Source: Bacillota bacterium (GTDB lineage Bacteria; Bacillota; Clostridia; Peptostreptococcales; Anaerovoracaceae). Taken from it: a DNA stretch of 64,000 nt. The position numbers and the translations under genes were made by a program. Below are positions 19,570 through 29,342 of the stretch, in pieces. The stretch is taken from the NCBI GenBank assembly GCA_022764365.1, contig JALERA010000045.1, forward strand, positions 12,515 through 76,514. The letters run 5' to 3'. Numbering within the stretch: position 1 is the stretch's first letter; each line of letters starts with the position of its first letter. The notes beneath the pieces are model-generated. The model had not been told where the DNA came from and made no database searches. It worked only from the letters and a program-made list of their open reading frames with translations.

Positions 19570-20868
19570 ATGAACAGAACAGTTAAAAAAGTGCTGGCAT
19601 GCGCCATGACTGTTTCGCTGACCGCGGGGCTTTGCGCGTGCACGACTTACAACAACTTCAAAAACGCGTTTTTTGACGAAGGAAAAGAAGCGCAGGAAAG
19701 AACAATTAAAATAGGGGTTTTTGAGCCGCTTTCGGGTAAAAATAAGACAGAGGGCAACGAGGAACTCATAGGAATCGAACTTGCCCACGACCTTTATCCT
19801 ACCGTTTGCGGCAAGAAGGTGGAGCTTGTTTACGGAGACAACAAGTCGGATATTTACACGGGCGAGACGGTAATACAGGAACTGATTTCCGCGAATTCGC
19901 CTTCTGTAATTCTCGGCAGCTATGGGGAAACGCTTACGCTGATCGCCGGCAAGTACGCAAAAGCAAACAATATTCCGGCAATCACGATTTCCAGTACCAA
20001 TCCGCTTATTACGACCAATAACGATTATTATTTCAGTGCGACCTATTCGGAAACAAGACAAGGGGATGCCTTGGCGGACTTCGCATATACCTCACAGAAA
20101 AAAATCGTTGCGGCGGCAGTAAAAACAGAGGATGACGATACGGCTACAGCTACAATCAAGCGTTTTACGAACCGCTTCAAGAAGCTGTCGGGCAAGAGTA
20201 ACAGCGTTGCGGGAACTTTTACGGTTCCGAAAGACAGCACCGACTACAGCAAGACGATCGACGATATCAAGGCATCCGGTGCGGATACGGTATTTGTTAC
20301 GCTTTCTGCAGAAAACTCCATCGAGTTCATGAAGCAGGCGATGGACAAGAAGCTGATGAATGTTCTTTTCCTCGGAACAAGGAACTGGAATGATGATAAA
20401 CTCATCAAATACCTCAAGGGAAATGATCGAATTCAGGCAGCCTTTCCTACGGAACAGAGCCAGAATGCGGAAACAGAGGTGTCCAACGAGTTTATTCAGG
20501 CATTCAAAGCAAAATACGGAGAGAGCGAAGAACCTTCGGCAAGAACGGCCGTTGCATTTGATGCATACTGCCTTGCAATCGATGCGATAAGCAGAGCCTA
20601 CGATGCGATGCAGAACATGGATCCGGATAAGCTTACGGCAGATGCTGCAACCGATGCAGAAGGAAGAACCGCTAAGGAGGTTCTCCAGAACGCACTTGAA
20701 ACCGGAATTCCGGCGGGCGAACACATCCGTGATGCCCTGAGCCAAACGAAGAATTTCCAAGGTGCGTCCGGTGTAATCAACTATGCCGGGAAGAACGAGG
20801 CAACCAAATCCATTACGATTAACTTTATTGTGGGCGGAATAGAACAGCCGACCTATACAGTAGAATAA
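19570..20868 (+). CDS. Second LivJ-family substrate-binding lipoprotein at the operon end
   Basis: It has a lipobox (LTAGLCACTT) and KIGVFEPLSG...LGSYGE motifs parallel to the first SBP. Confidence 0.85.
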   Translation: MNRTVKKVLACAMTVSLTAGLCACTTYNNFKNAFFDEGKEAQERTIKIGVFEPLSGKNKTEGNEELIGIELAHDLYPTVCGKKVELVYGDNKSDIYTGETVIQELISANSPSVILGSYGETLTLIAGKYAKANNIPAITISSTNPLITTNNDYYFSATYSETRQGDALADFAYTSQKKIVAAAVKTEDDDTATATIKRFTNRFKKLSGKSNSVAGTFTVPKDSTDYSKTIDDIKASGADTVFVTLSAENSIEFMKQAMDKKLMNVLFLGTRNWNDDKLIKYLKGNDRIQAAFPTEQSQNAETEVSNEFIQAFKAKYGESEEPSARTAVAFDAYCLAIDAISRAYDAMQNMDPDKLTADAATDAEGRTAKEVLQNALETGIPAGEHIRDALSQTKNFQGASGVINYAGKNEATKSITINFIVGGIEQPTYTVE

Positions 20869-20898
20869 AATAAGAGAAAACGAAAGGAAACACAAAAA

Positions 20899-21120
20899 AT
20901 GGAAAAAAAGATTCAAGAAGCTCTTGAGCAGATCAGACCGTTCCTCCAGAGAGACGGAGGAGACGTTGAATTCGTAGAACTTACGGAAGACAATATTGTT
21001 AAAGTGAAACTTCAGGGACACTGCGCAGGATGTCCGGGAGCTCAGATGACGCTCAAGGCTGTAATCGAAAGAATTCTCAAGGAAAGCTATCATGAAATTC
21101 AGGGAGTAGAATCCGTATAA
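20899..21120 (+). CDS. NifU-like C-terminal domain protein (Fe-S cluster scaffold/carrier)
   Basis: The 73-aa product contains IRPFLQRDGGDVEFVEL...LQGHCAGCPGAQMTLK. Confidence 0.85.
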   Translation: MEKKIQEALEQIRPFLQRDGGDVEFVELTEDNIVKVKLQGHCAGCPGAQMTLKAVIERILKESYHEIQGVESV

Positions 21121-21121
21121 A

Positions 21122-22564
21122 ATGAAGTACGAGGAATTTCTTGAAAGCAGCAAAGAAGAAATGATTGCGTCCCTGCAGTCCGTTTTGCGGTGCGAAAGTG
21201 AGCAGTCTCAGCCGGTGAAGACGGCGGACGGCGGTGTGTATCCGTTCGGAGAAGGCGTCCAGAAGGCTTTTGAGACTTTTCTTGCGCTTGCCGAAAGCAT
21301 GGGGTTCGAAACCTTCAATGCGGACAATTACGGAGGGCATGTGGACTTTCCGGGAACAGGCGATAAAATTTTCGGCATTCTCGGACATCTCGATGTCGTG
21401 CCGGCAGCAGGAGGATGGGATTTTGACCCTTATGCGGCAAGCATAGCGGAAGGCAGGATATACGGCAGAGGAACCACGGACGACAAAGGTCCGATGATTT
21501 CGTGCCTGTATGCGATGAAGGCCCTAAAGGACTCCGGGTATGTGCCGAAGGCAACGATACGCCTGATAATCGGACTCGATGAGGAAACCGGCTGGAAAGG
21601 CATGGACTACTACTTTTCAAAAGCACCGAAGCCGGACTTCGGTTTCACACCGGATGCGGATTTTCCTGTGATAAATGGGGAAATGGGCGTACTGGTCTTT
21701 GAACTTGCGAGAAAATTCCGCGATTCGCAGGTTAAGGGGCTGAAGCTTCGATCAATGAAAGGCGGCATGGCTGCAAACAGTGTAGCCGACTACTGCAGAG
21801 TGGTAATCAGAAATCAAAAGGACGAGGAAGCTCCGTATGTGAAAATCCGCGAGGAAATCACCGCTTTCCGTGAGGAAACCGGCTACCGGATTCACGCAAA
21901 AGGCGTGGGAAAATCCTTGGAAATCACAACGGAAGGAATCGGAGCGCATGGTGCAAGGCCGGAAGCGGGCTTAAATGCAGTCTCGATTATGATGCAGTTC
22001 CTCGGGAGGCTGAACTTTGTGGATGAAGACCATAACGATTTCATAGACTTTTACAACAAGTATATCGGCTTCTCCCTCGACGGCACGAAGCTTGGAATCG
22101 GTTTCTGTGATGAACCATCCGGAAAGTTGATTTTCAATGTGGGCATGGCCGAAATGAATGAAAAGGCGGGCAAGCTTACGATCAATGTAAGATATCCGGT
22201 GACGATGACGGACGACGATGTGTACGATGCGATGAGCGATTTGCTTGAAAAGTACAATATCGGAGTTCTGAAGCTGAAACACCACGAACCGATCTTTGTA
22301 GAAGCGGACAGCCCGATGATTCGCATGCTGGTTGATATTTACCGCAGGCACAGCGGAGATACCGAGTCGGGGCCTAAGGTGATAGGCGGCGGAACCTATG
22401 CGAGAGCTGCAAAGAATGTCATCGCATACGGGGCTTTGTTCCCGGGTGATGAAGATTTGATGCACCAGAAGAATGAGTATCTCAGCATCGAGAGACTCGA
22501 GCAAATGACAAAAATTTATGCGGAAGCTATTTACAAACTCTCTTCGGGGGAATATAATAGTTAG
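21122..22564 (+). CDS. pepV: M20-family dipeptidase (PepV/Sapep-like)
   Basis: The motifs GHLDVVPA, GRGTTDDKGP and GLDEETG are present in a 480-aa product. Confidence 0.85.
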   Translation: MKYEEFLESSKEEMIASLQSVLRCESEQSQPVKTADGGVYPFGEGVQKAFETFLALAESMGFETFNADNYGGHVDFPGTGDKIFGILGHLDVVPAAGGWDFDPYAASIAEGRIYGRGTTDDKGPMISCLYAMKALKDSGYVPKATIRLIIGLDEETGWKGMDYYFSKAPKPDFGFTPDADFPVINGEMGVLVFELARKFRDSQVKGLKLRSMKGGMAANSVADYCRVVIRNQKDEEAPYVKIREEITAFREETGYRIHAKGVGKSLEITTEGIGAHGARPEAGLNAVSIMMQFLGRLNFVDEDHNDFIDFYNKYIGFSLDGTKLGIGFCDEPSGKLIFNVGMAEMNEKAGKLTINVRYPVTMTDDDVYDAMSDLLEKYNIGVLKLKHHEPIFVEADSPMIRMLVDIYRRHSGDTESGPKVIGGGTYARAAKNVIAYGALFPGDEDLMHQKNEYLSIERLEQMTKIYAEAIYKLSSGEYNS

Positions 22565-22600
22565 CGTGAGTTTTCCCAAACGGGAAATATAATGACATAA

Positions 22601-22715
22601 TCTGTTTCAGGGCGAGGTGAAATTCCTCACCGGCGGTATAGTCCGCGAACGCCGAGAGGCGCCGAGCAGGTGAAATTCCTGCACCGACGGTATAGTCCGG
22701 ATGAGAGAAACAAAG
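22601..22715 (+). promoter_or_regulatory. FMN riboswitch (RFN element)
   Basis: The sequence cagggcgaggtgaaattcctcaccggcggtatagtccgcgaacg...gcaggtgaaattcctgcaccgacggtatagtccggatgagagaaac matches the conserved RFN core (GGTGAAATTCC...CCGGCGGTA...CCGACGGTATAGTCCGGATG). It lies upstream of an ECF S-component gene. Confidence 0.85.
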
Positions 22716-22893
22716 GATTGCGCGATGCCTGCGTAATAGAATGACGGAGGCTTGGCGCGGAATTCGTATGTTGCTTTTTTGAGCCTTGATTCCCATCAAG
22801 GCTCTACTTGTGTAACCTGACAGATTTCCAACTACATCTTAGGGCGCCCGGACTTCAAAACGGGCAGATACAGAAAGAGAGGAAACTGTAGAA

Positions 22894-23490
22894 ATGACTA
22901 ATTTAAACAATCAGAAGGCAAAGTCGGACAGACTTGTCAAAATGGCGATGATGGCTGCGGTCGCATGTGTAATCGGGCTTGTACGGTTCCCGCTGATACC
23001 GGCGGTATCATTCTTAACTTACGACCTTGCAGACATTCCGATTATCATCACGACCTTTGCGTTCGGGCCTGCGGCAGGAATGCTTGCACTTACCGTCGTG
23101 AGTGCAATCCAGGCGTTTCTCCTTGGCGGAGACAGCGTTTACGGCTTCCTGATGCATATGATTGCATCGGGTGCATTTCTTATCACAGCCGGATGCATTT
23201 ACAGAAAACACAAGACGAAGAAAGTCGCAATTATTTCGATGGCGGCTGCAACTCTTGTAATGACGGTTGTCATGGGCTTCGCAAACTATTTTGTAACACC
23301 GTTCTACTACGGCGGAGAAGCAATGAGAGAGGTCGTTGTAAGCCTGATGCCGCTGATTCTTTTGTTCAACGTAATCAAGGGCATCTTAAATTCGCTTATC
23401 ACTTTTGTGGTATATAAGAGAATTTCGGGATTCCTTCACAGAGAGGGGCTTCACAAAGCACATGAAAATAAAGAGAATTATACCAATTAA
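22894..23490 (+). CDS. ribU: ECF-transporter S component, probable riboflavin transporter
   Basis: The product is a 6-TM small integral membrane protein of the ECF S-component type and is preceded by the FMN riboswitch. Confidence 0.75.
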   Translation: MTNLNNQKAKSDRLVKMAMMAAVACVIGLVRFPLIPAVSFLTYDLADIPIIITTFAFGPAAGMLALTVVSAIQAFLLGGDSVYGFLMHMIASGAFLITAGCIYRKHKTKKVAIISMAAATLVMTVVMGFANYFVTPFYYGGEAMREVVVSLMPLILLFNVIKGILNSLITFVVYKRISGFLHREGLHKAHENKENYTN

Positions 23491-23890
23491 AAATGAAGAA
23501 GAAACCCGGCGGTTTGCACACGAACTTGCGGAAAGCCTTGCTCCCGGCGATGTGCTTGCGTTGATCGGCGACCTCGGAACAGGCAAGACGGCGCTCACAT
23601 CGTATATTGCGGAGGGACTTGGAATCAAACGGCGGGTAAACAGCCCGACATTTACGATTGTAAAGGAGTATACGGACGGCAGAATGCCGCTGTATCATTT
23701 TGATGTTTACCGGGTGAGTGATCCGGATGAATTGTTTAACATCGGCATCGATGAGTATTTTTTCGGCGAAGGAGTATGCATTGTGGAATGGGCGGACTTG
23801 ATTTTGGATATTCTGCCGGAAAACACGAAATACATTTATCTCGCATACGGAGAAAATGAAGGAGAAAGGGTATATAAATGTACATTTTAG
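23462..23890 (+). CDS. tsaE: tRNA t6A37 biosynthesis ATPase TsaE
   Basis: The motif LIGDLGTGKTALTSYIAEGLG...SPTFTIVKEY...HFDVYR is present. ATG 23462 lies within the 23405 ORF. Confidence 0.9.
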   Translation: MKIKRIIPIKNEEETRRFAHELAESLAPGDVLALIGDLGTGKTALTSYIAEGLGIKRRVNSPTFTIVKEYTDGRMPLYHFDVYRVSDPDELFNIGIDEYFFGEGVCIVEWADLILDILPENTKYIYLAYGENEGERVYKCTF

Positions 23891-24633
23891 CCATTGAAAC
23901 CACAGGAAAAGAAGGCTCCGTATGCCTTGTGCAAAAGGACGAAGGCGGCGGGGAGCCTGCTGTTTTGGGAGAAAAGCGGATAGAGGGAAGCATGAGTCAT
24001 CTCAAAGAACTGATTCCTTCCGTTTCAAGTCTCTTGGAATCGCAAGGGGTTTCAAAGAATGAAATTTCATACATTGCAGCTTCCGTGGGTCCGGGATCTT
24101 TCACGGGAATCCGCATCGGGGTAGCAACGGCACGCGCCTTGTCACAAGCTTTCGGACTGGAATACGCAATTGCGGTGCCTACCCTTACGGCCTTCCAATA
24201 TAAAGAGCAGGCCGCTGAGGCCGGAGCAAAAGGAACTGCGGTCTGTGCGATTATCAACGCAAGGCGCGGGCAGGTCTACGGCATGGTGGACGGATACCTT
24301 GCGGATGGTCCGTATATGCTGACGGATGTTTTGGAAGTGATCCGAAACCGCGTTTTTGCGGACGGACGGGAAGTTCTTTTCTTCGGAGACGGTATCGATG
24401 CCTACGAATCGCTTATTTGCGATGGACTTGCAGGAGCCGGAAAATACAGCTTTGCGGATTCTTCCTGCAGGTATCAGGACGCTCGTGCTGCAGCTTTGTG
24501 TGCTGCGGTTAATGCAGATGTATATACGGTAAAACGCGAGGATCTGCTGCCGGATTACATGCGCAAGGCAGAGGCGGAGCAGAAGCTTGAAGCAGGAGAA
24601 CTTCCGATTTGCAAGGGACCGAAACAGGAGTAG
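23878..24633 (+). CDS. tsaB: tRNA t6A37 biosynthesis protein TsaB
   Basis: The product starts MYILAIETTGKEGSV and contains GPGSFTGIRIGVATARAL. Confidence 0.9.
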   Translation: MYILAIETTGKEGSVCLVQKDEGGGEPAVLGEKRIEGSMSHLKELIPSVSSLLESQGVSKNEISYIAASVGPGSFTGIRIGVATARALSQAFGLEYAIAVPTLTAFQYKEQAAEAGAKGTAVCAIINARRGQVYGMVDGYLADGPYMLTDVLEVIRNRVFADGREVLFFGDGIDAYESLICDGLAGAGKYSFADSSCRYQDARAAALCAAVNADVYTVKREDLLPDYMRKAEAEQKLEAGELPICKGPKQE

Positions 24634-24639
24634 TTTCAT

Positions 24640-25098
24640 ATGGATGAGAGCAGGAAACTGATAATACGAAAAGCCGCAAAATCTGATGTTCCGGCGGTTG
24701 AAGAGGTTGAAAAGGCATGCTTTTCGGTTCCTTGGAGCTACGAATCGCTCTATCACGATATATTGGAAAACAAGCTGGCTTTTTACATCGTGGCGGAGAT
24801 AGACGGCAAAATATGCGGCTATGTGGGCGTGTGGAAAATTTTCGACGAGGGACATATCACGAATGTAGCCGTTGCACCGGAGTATAGGCGGATGCATATT
24901 GCAAGTGCAATGCTTTCGGTATTGTTTGATGTTACCGGAGCGCAGGGCATCGAAAGCTATACGCTTGAGGTCAGAGCCGGAAACCAAGCGGCAATCGCAC
25001 TTTATGAGGGATTCGGCTTTCGTGAGGCGGGCCTGCGGAAGGGATATTACGAAGATAACGGCGAGGATGCCATTATCATGTGGAAGGAAAAGAAATGA
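24640..25098 (+). CDS. rimI: Ribosomal-protein-alanine N-acetyltransferase
   Basis: GNAT motifs are present (VAVAPEYRRMHIASAML, LEVRAGNQAAIALYEGFGF). The gene lies between tsaB and tsaD. Confidence 0.9.
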   Translation: MDESRKLIIRKAAKSDVPAVEEVEKACFSVPWSYESLYHDILENKLAFYIVAEIDGKICGYVGVWKIFDEGHITNVAVAPEYRRMHIASAMLSVLFDVTGAQGIESYTLEVRAGNQAAIALYEGFGFREAGLRKGYYEDNGEDAIIMWKEKK

Positions 25099-26111
25099 AA
25101 GACGGAAGATTTTTGACACTTGGAATCGAAACCAGCTGCGACGAGACAGCGATTGCCGTCCTTGCGGACGGAAGAACGGTTTTGTCCAATGTCATTTCAT
25201 CACAAATCGATATATTTAAGAATTTCGGCGGAGTTGTGCCGGAAATCGCATCCAGACACCATTTGGAAAACATCAACGGTGTTCTCGCGGAGGCACTGGA
25301 AGATGCAAAAGTGAGCCTTGAGGAGATCGATCTCATCGGCGTTACGAACGGCCCGGGTCTCATCGGGGCACTTCTGATGGGAGTAGCAACGGCAAAATCC
25401 CTTGCATTTGCAAAGGACATCCCGCTTGTGGGCGTTCATCATCTGATGGGGCATATCAGTGCGAATTTTATCGAATATCCGGAGCTTCAGCCGCCGTTCA
25501 TGGCGCTTATCACAAGCGGCGGACATACGGAAATCGTAGATGTGAAGAGTTATACCGAATGCGAAATTCTGGGCGGAACCAGAGATGACGCGGTCGGAGA
25601 GGCTTACGACAAGGTAGCAAGAGTTTTGGGGCTCGGCTATCCGGGAGGTCCGAAAATCGACAAAATCGCAAAAGAAGGAAATCCCGAGGCGATTCATTTC
25701 AAACGCGTATATCTGGAAAAGGACAGCTTTGATTTCAGTTTCAGCGGTCTGAAGACATCGGTGCTCAATTACATCAACCAGCAGAAACAGGCAGGAAACG
25801 AAATAAACCGTGCGGATGTTGCGGCAAGCTTCCAGCAGGCGGTGATGGATGTCATCGTCGAAAAGGCCGTGAATGCCGTAAAAATGCGTGGCGAAAAGAA
25901 ACTGGTGCTTGCCGGCGGCGTTGCGGCAAATTCCAAACTCAGAGAAATGCTCGGAGAGGCTTGCGGCGCAAACGCAATCACACTTTACCGTCCGACCCCT
26001 GCTTTGTGCACGGACAACGGCGCCATGATCGGGGCGGCGGCATACTATAAATATAAGGAAAAAGGGGCAGACGGGCTTGACCTTGATGCCTATGCAAATA
26101 TGGAATTATGA
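25095..26111 (+). CDS. tsaD: tRNA N6-adenosine threonylcarbamoyltransferase TsaD
   Basis: The motifs LGIETSCDETA, VGVHHLMGHI and GGVAANSKLR are present. Confidence 0.95.
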   Translation: MKDGRFLTLGIETSCDETAIAVLADGRTVLSNVISSQIDIFKNFGGVVPEIASRHHLENINGVLAEALEDAKVSLEEIDLIGVTNGPGLIGALLMGVATAKSLAFAKDIPLVGVHHLMGHISANFIEYPELQPPFMALITSGGHTEIVDVKSYTECEILGGTRDDAVGEAYDKVARVLGLGYPGGPKIDKIAKEGNPEAIHFKRVYLEKDSFDFSFSGLKTSVLNYINQQKQAGNEINRADVAASFQQAVMDVIVEKAVNAVKMRGEKKLVLAGGVAANSKLREMLGEACGANAITLYRPTPALCTDNGAMIGAAAYYKYKEKGADGLDLDAYANMEL

Positions 26112-28024
26112 TTGTACTTTCAGCGAATAATCTTACAAAAACATACGGAACGGATGTCATAATCGATAAGGCGAGTTTTCACCTGAATGCCGGCGACAAG
26201 GTCGGCATCATCGGCAGAAACGGTGCCGGAAAAACGACGCTTCTGAACATGCTCACCGGTGAGCTTCCGTGCGACGGAGGGGAATTTTTCGTGTCACAGA
26301 ACACGAGAATCGGCTACTTGAAGCAGCGCGACAATTTCAACAGCGAAGGTACGGTCCTCGAGGAAATCGAAGGAATTTTTTCGGGGCTTCGGGAGCTTGA
26401 AAACGAAATTGCGGAGCTTTCGGACAAGGTTGCAGAAAACCCGCAGGATACCGGGCTTCTTAATCGGCTGGATGAACTGCAGCACCGGTTTGACAGAGAG
26501 GGCGGCTACACCTATAAGTCGGAGATGATTGGGATTTTAAACTCCATGGCTTTCGACGAGAGTTTTTACAATAAGAAGATTTCCTCGCTTTCGGGCGGAG
26601 AGAGGACAAGGCTGGCGCTTGCAGCGCTTTTGCTTGAAAAACCGGATATTTTGCTGCTGGATGAGCCTACGAACCATTTGGATATCGGAACGCTGAAATG
26701 GCTGGAACAGTACCTGGAAGCTTATCGCGGCACGATTATGATTGTATCGCATGACCGATATTTTCTCGATCGGACGGTAAACCGGATTTTCGAAGTGGAA
26801 AATCACAAGGTTTACTCCTATCAAGGAAAATACAGTGACTATGCGGCACAGAAAAAACTTCGAAGAGAAACCGAACTTCGTGCATATAATAACCAACAGA
26901 GGGAAATCGCGCGCCAGGAAGAAATGATCAGGCGCATGAAACAGCGCGGCACCGAGCACCTCGCAAAGAGGGCGGCATCGCGTGAGAAACGGCTTGATAT
27001 GATAGAAAGAATCGAGCGTCCGGAAAGCGAAATGGGGAAGATGAAGATTCACTTCAAGGAAAACTTCCCGTCCGGCGGCGATGTCATCATGGCGGAAAAT
27101 CTCGAAAAAAGCTTCGGCAGAGGCAGTGAACGCAGGGATCTTTTTCACGGTGTGAATCTTGATATTAAGAGAGGCGAGAGAATCTGTATTCTCGGGCCGA
27201 ACGGCGTAGGCAAGACGACGCTTCTCAGGGTGCTTCTGGGAGAACTGACGCCGGATGCGGGTTATCTGAAAATCGGTCACAATGTTGCGTTCGGCTATTA
27301 TGACCAAGGGCAGCTGCTGCTCAGCGATGCCAACACGGTTCTCGAAGAACTGAAGGAATCGTACAGACTGTATACCGATACGGAAATGCGTTCGATTCTG
27401 GGCAGATTCCTCTTTAAAGGCGAGGAAGTCTTCCTTCCTGTGGGAAGCTTGTCGGGCGGCGAAAAAGCGCGGCTTTCTCTTCTGAAACTCATGCTTTCGG
27501 GCGCAAACACCCTGATTTTGGACGAACCGACCAACCACTTGGACATCGAATCAAAGGAGGTCTTTGAAGAGGCTTTGATGGAATTTCCGGGAACGGTAAT
27601 CGTCGTATCGCATGACCGGTATTTCCTGCAGAGGATACCGACGAGAATTCTGGAACTTACGCAGGACGGCGTAATTGAGTACCTCGGCAGATATGACTAT
27701 TATCTGGAAAAGAAGTCGCAGGGCATATCCTCAAAGAAATACTTCAGCAAAACGCAGGAAAAACCCGCAGGAGATGCTGCAGAGCAGCGCAGGCTGAAGA
27801 AAGAACGCGAAGCCGAGGAACGGCGCAGGGCAAGGCTTTCCGAGAAACTGGAGACGGAAATTTCCGAACTTGAGGATAAGATTTCGGAACTTGAGCACAA
27901 CCTTTGCAAACCGGAAAACATGAGCGATTATGAACTCTTGGCAAGGCTCGGGGCAGAACGCCAAGAGGCTGAAAAACGGCTTGCGGAAGCTTATGATGAG
28001 TGGGCAAAAGTGCAAGAAGCGTAA
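26108..28024 (+). CDS. ABC-F family ATPase (two ABC domains, coiled-coil C-terminus)
   Basis: There are two Walker A sites (GRNGAGKTT, GPNGVGKTT) and two LSGGE signatures. No TM domain is present, and the tail is Arg/Glu-rich. Confidence 0.9.
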   Translation: MIVLSANNLTKTYGTDVIIDKASFHLNAGDKVGIIGRNGAGKTTLLNMLTGELPCDGGEFFVSQNTRIGYLKQRDNFNSEGTVLEEIEGIFSGLRELENEIAELSDKVAENPQDTGLLNRLDELQHRFDREGGYTYKSEMIGILNSMAFDESFYNKKISSLSGGERTRLALAALLLEKPDILLLDEPTNHLDIGTLKWLEQYLEAYRGTIMIVSHDRYFLDRTVNRIFEVENHKVYSYQGKYSDYAAQKKLRRETELRAYNNQQREIARQEEMIRRMKQRGTEHLAKRAASREKRLDMIERIERPESEMGKMKIHFKENFPSGGDVIMAENLEKSFGRGSERRDLFHGVNLDIKRGERICILGPNGVGKTTLLRVLLGELTPDAGYLKIGHNVAFGYYDQGQLLLSDANTVLEELKESYRLYTDTEMRSILGRFLFKGEEVFLPVGSLSGGEKARLSLLKLMLSGANTLILDEPTNHLDIESKEVFEEALMEFPGTVIVVSHDRYFLQRIPTRILELTQDGVIEYLGRYDYYLEKKSQGISSKKYFSKTQEKPAGDAAEQRRLKKEREAEERRRARLSEKLETEISELEDKISELEHNLCKPENMSDYELLARLGAERQEAEKRLAEAYDEWAKVQEA

Positions 28025-28111
28025 AAACACATAAAAAAAACTTGCAAAGCACATAAAAAGTTATTATAATATTCCATAGTAATTTTTACTAAACAGAATG
28101 GAGGCTGTTTT

Positions 28112-28339
28112 ATGATTTTTGACAAAATTAAAGACATCATTATAGACCAATTACAGGTTGAAGAATCCGATGTTGCAATGGATACTAATCTCATGAAGGA
28201 TCTTTCGGCAGATTCACTGGATGCTGTTGAAATTATCATGGCAATCGAAGATGAATTCGGAATCGAAATTCCTGACGAGGACGCTGAGAACATTCAGACG
28301 GTCGGAGATTTGGTTAAGTATGTAGAGGAAAACAAATAG
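28112..28339 (+). CDS. acpP: Acyl carrier protein
   Basis: The 75-aa product contains [27 protein letters not shown], which includes the phosphopantetheine Ser motif DSLD. Confidence 0.9.
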   Translation: MIFDKIKDIIIDQLQVEESDVAMDTNLMKDLSADSLDAVEIIMAIEDEFGIEIPDEDAENIQTVGDLVKYVEENK

Positions 28340-28373
28340 TCGCAAGGCAAATATCGGAAGGCAGGTGTTACAG

Positions 28374-29003
28374 ATGAGAGAGAAGCAGATATCAAAAGCA
28401 GTAATCAAGCGTTTGCCTCGATACAGAAGATACCTGAAGGAACTGCAGAAGAAGGGAATCGAAAAAATTTCTTCTAAAGATTTGAGCAAGCTCATAGGGT
28501 ATACTGCGTCTCAGATTCGCCAGGATTTAAACAATTTCGGCGGATTCGGACAGCAGGGTTACGGTTACAGCGTGAGTTATTTATATGAAGAAATAGGCGC
28601 AATACTGGGCCTCAATAAAGAGTACAAGATTGTAATCGTAGGATACGGCAGACTTGGTCAGGCCATGGCAAGCTACATTGCCAACAATGAAGGAAACTTC
28701 CACATTTGCGGAATTTTCGACGTTAAGCAGATCATTCAGGATGTGGAGTTCAAGGACGCGCAGATTATGACATGCGGCTCACTCGCGGGATTTATCAAGA
28801 AAGAAAACATAGACATCGCCGTAATCACGGTTCCTGCCGAGAAAGCACAGATTGTTGCCGACACGGTATCGGGTGCGGGAGTCAAGGGTATTTGGAACTT
28901 TACCGCCGTTGACTTGGAACTGCCGGAAGACGTTGCGGTTGAGAATGTTCACATGAGTGACAGTCTGCACGCGCTTGCCTATTACATGCAGGATGCTGAA
29001 TAA
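28374..29003 (+). CDS. rex: Redox-sensing transcriptional repressor Rex
   Basis: The motifs ISKAVIKRLPRYRRYL, SSKDLSKLIGYTASQIRQDLNNFG and a Rossmann IVGYGRLGQA are present. Confidence 0.9.
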   Translation: MREKQISKAVIKRLPRYRRYLKELQKKGIEKISSKDLSKLIGYTASQIRQDLNNFGGFGQQGYGYSVSYLYEEIGAILGLNKEYKIVIVGYGRLGQAMASYIANNEGNFHICGIFDVKQIIQDVEFKDAQIMTCGSLAGFIKKENIDIAVITVPAEKAQIVADTVSGAGVKGIWNFTAVDLELPEDVAVENVHMSDSLHALAYYMQDAE

Positions 29004-29018
29004 AATCAAATAAAAAAG

Positions 29019-29046
29019 CAACCGGTCATAAGACCGGTTGTTTTTA
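29019..29046. terminator. Bidirectional terminator between rex and the ferredoxin gene
   Basis: The hairpin caaccggtc-ataa-gaccggttg is flanked by aaaaaag and ttttt. Confidence 0.7.
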
Positions 29047-29054
29047 TGTAGTGT

Positions 29055-29222
29055 TTAGCCTTCTACCGGAGCATCTACCGGGCAAGCATCTGCGCAAGAA
29101 CCGCAGTCGATGCACTTGTCAGCATCGATAACATAGATGTCGCCTTCGGAGATAGCTTCTACAGGACATTCTGCTGCGCAAGCACCGCAAGCGATGCAAG
29201 CATCTGTAATTTTATAAGCCAT
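29055..29222 (-). CDS. Clostridial-type 2x[4Fe-4S] ferredoxin (55 aa; below the ORF-track cutoff)
   Basis: Hand translation of the minus strand gives [55 protein letters not shown]. The RBS is AGGAGG, and two CxxCxxCxxxCP motifs are present. Confidence 0.9.
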   Translation of the reverse strand: MAYKITDACIACGACAAECPVEAISEGDIYVIDADKCIDCGSCADACPVDAPVEG

Positions 29223-29342
29223 TGTTGTTCCTCCTATTAAAAAGATATATCTTTACGCAGACAATTATAACAGAATGATGTATAATAGTAAAGTAAAAAA
29301 AAGTTGATTTTTTTGTAAAAAATAAAGAGGTCGAAAGAAAAA

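Noticed and set aside
20092-21153. A 353-aa minus-strand ORF.
   Set aside because: It is antisense to the second SBP gene and the NifU-like gene, and its translation is low-complexity and Cys/Phe-rich.
22781-22804. The strong hairpin gagccttgat-tccc-atcaaggctc as the FMN riboswitch terminator.
   Set aside because: The T-run lies 5' of the stem on the plus strand, and on the minus strand there is no gene to terminate. I left it as an unexplained structure inside the leader rather than annotating a terminator.
24142-25119. A 325-aa minus-strand ORF.
   Set aside because: It is antisense to tsaB/rimI, which carry canonical motifs and operon context.
26537-27538. A 333-aa minus-strand ORF.
   Set aside because: It is antisense to the ABC-F ATPase gene.
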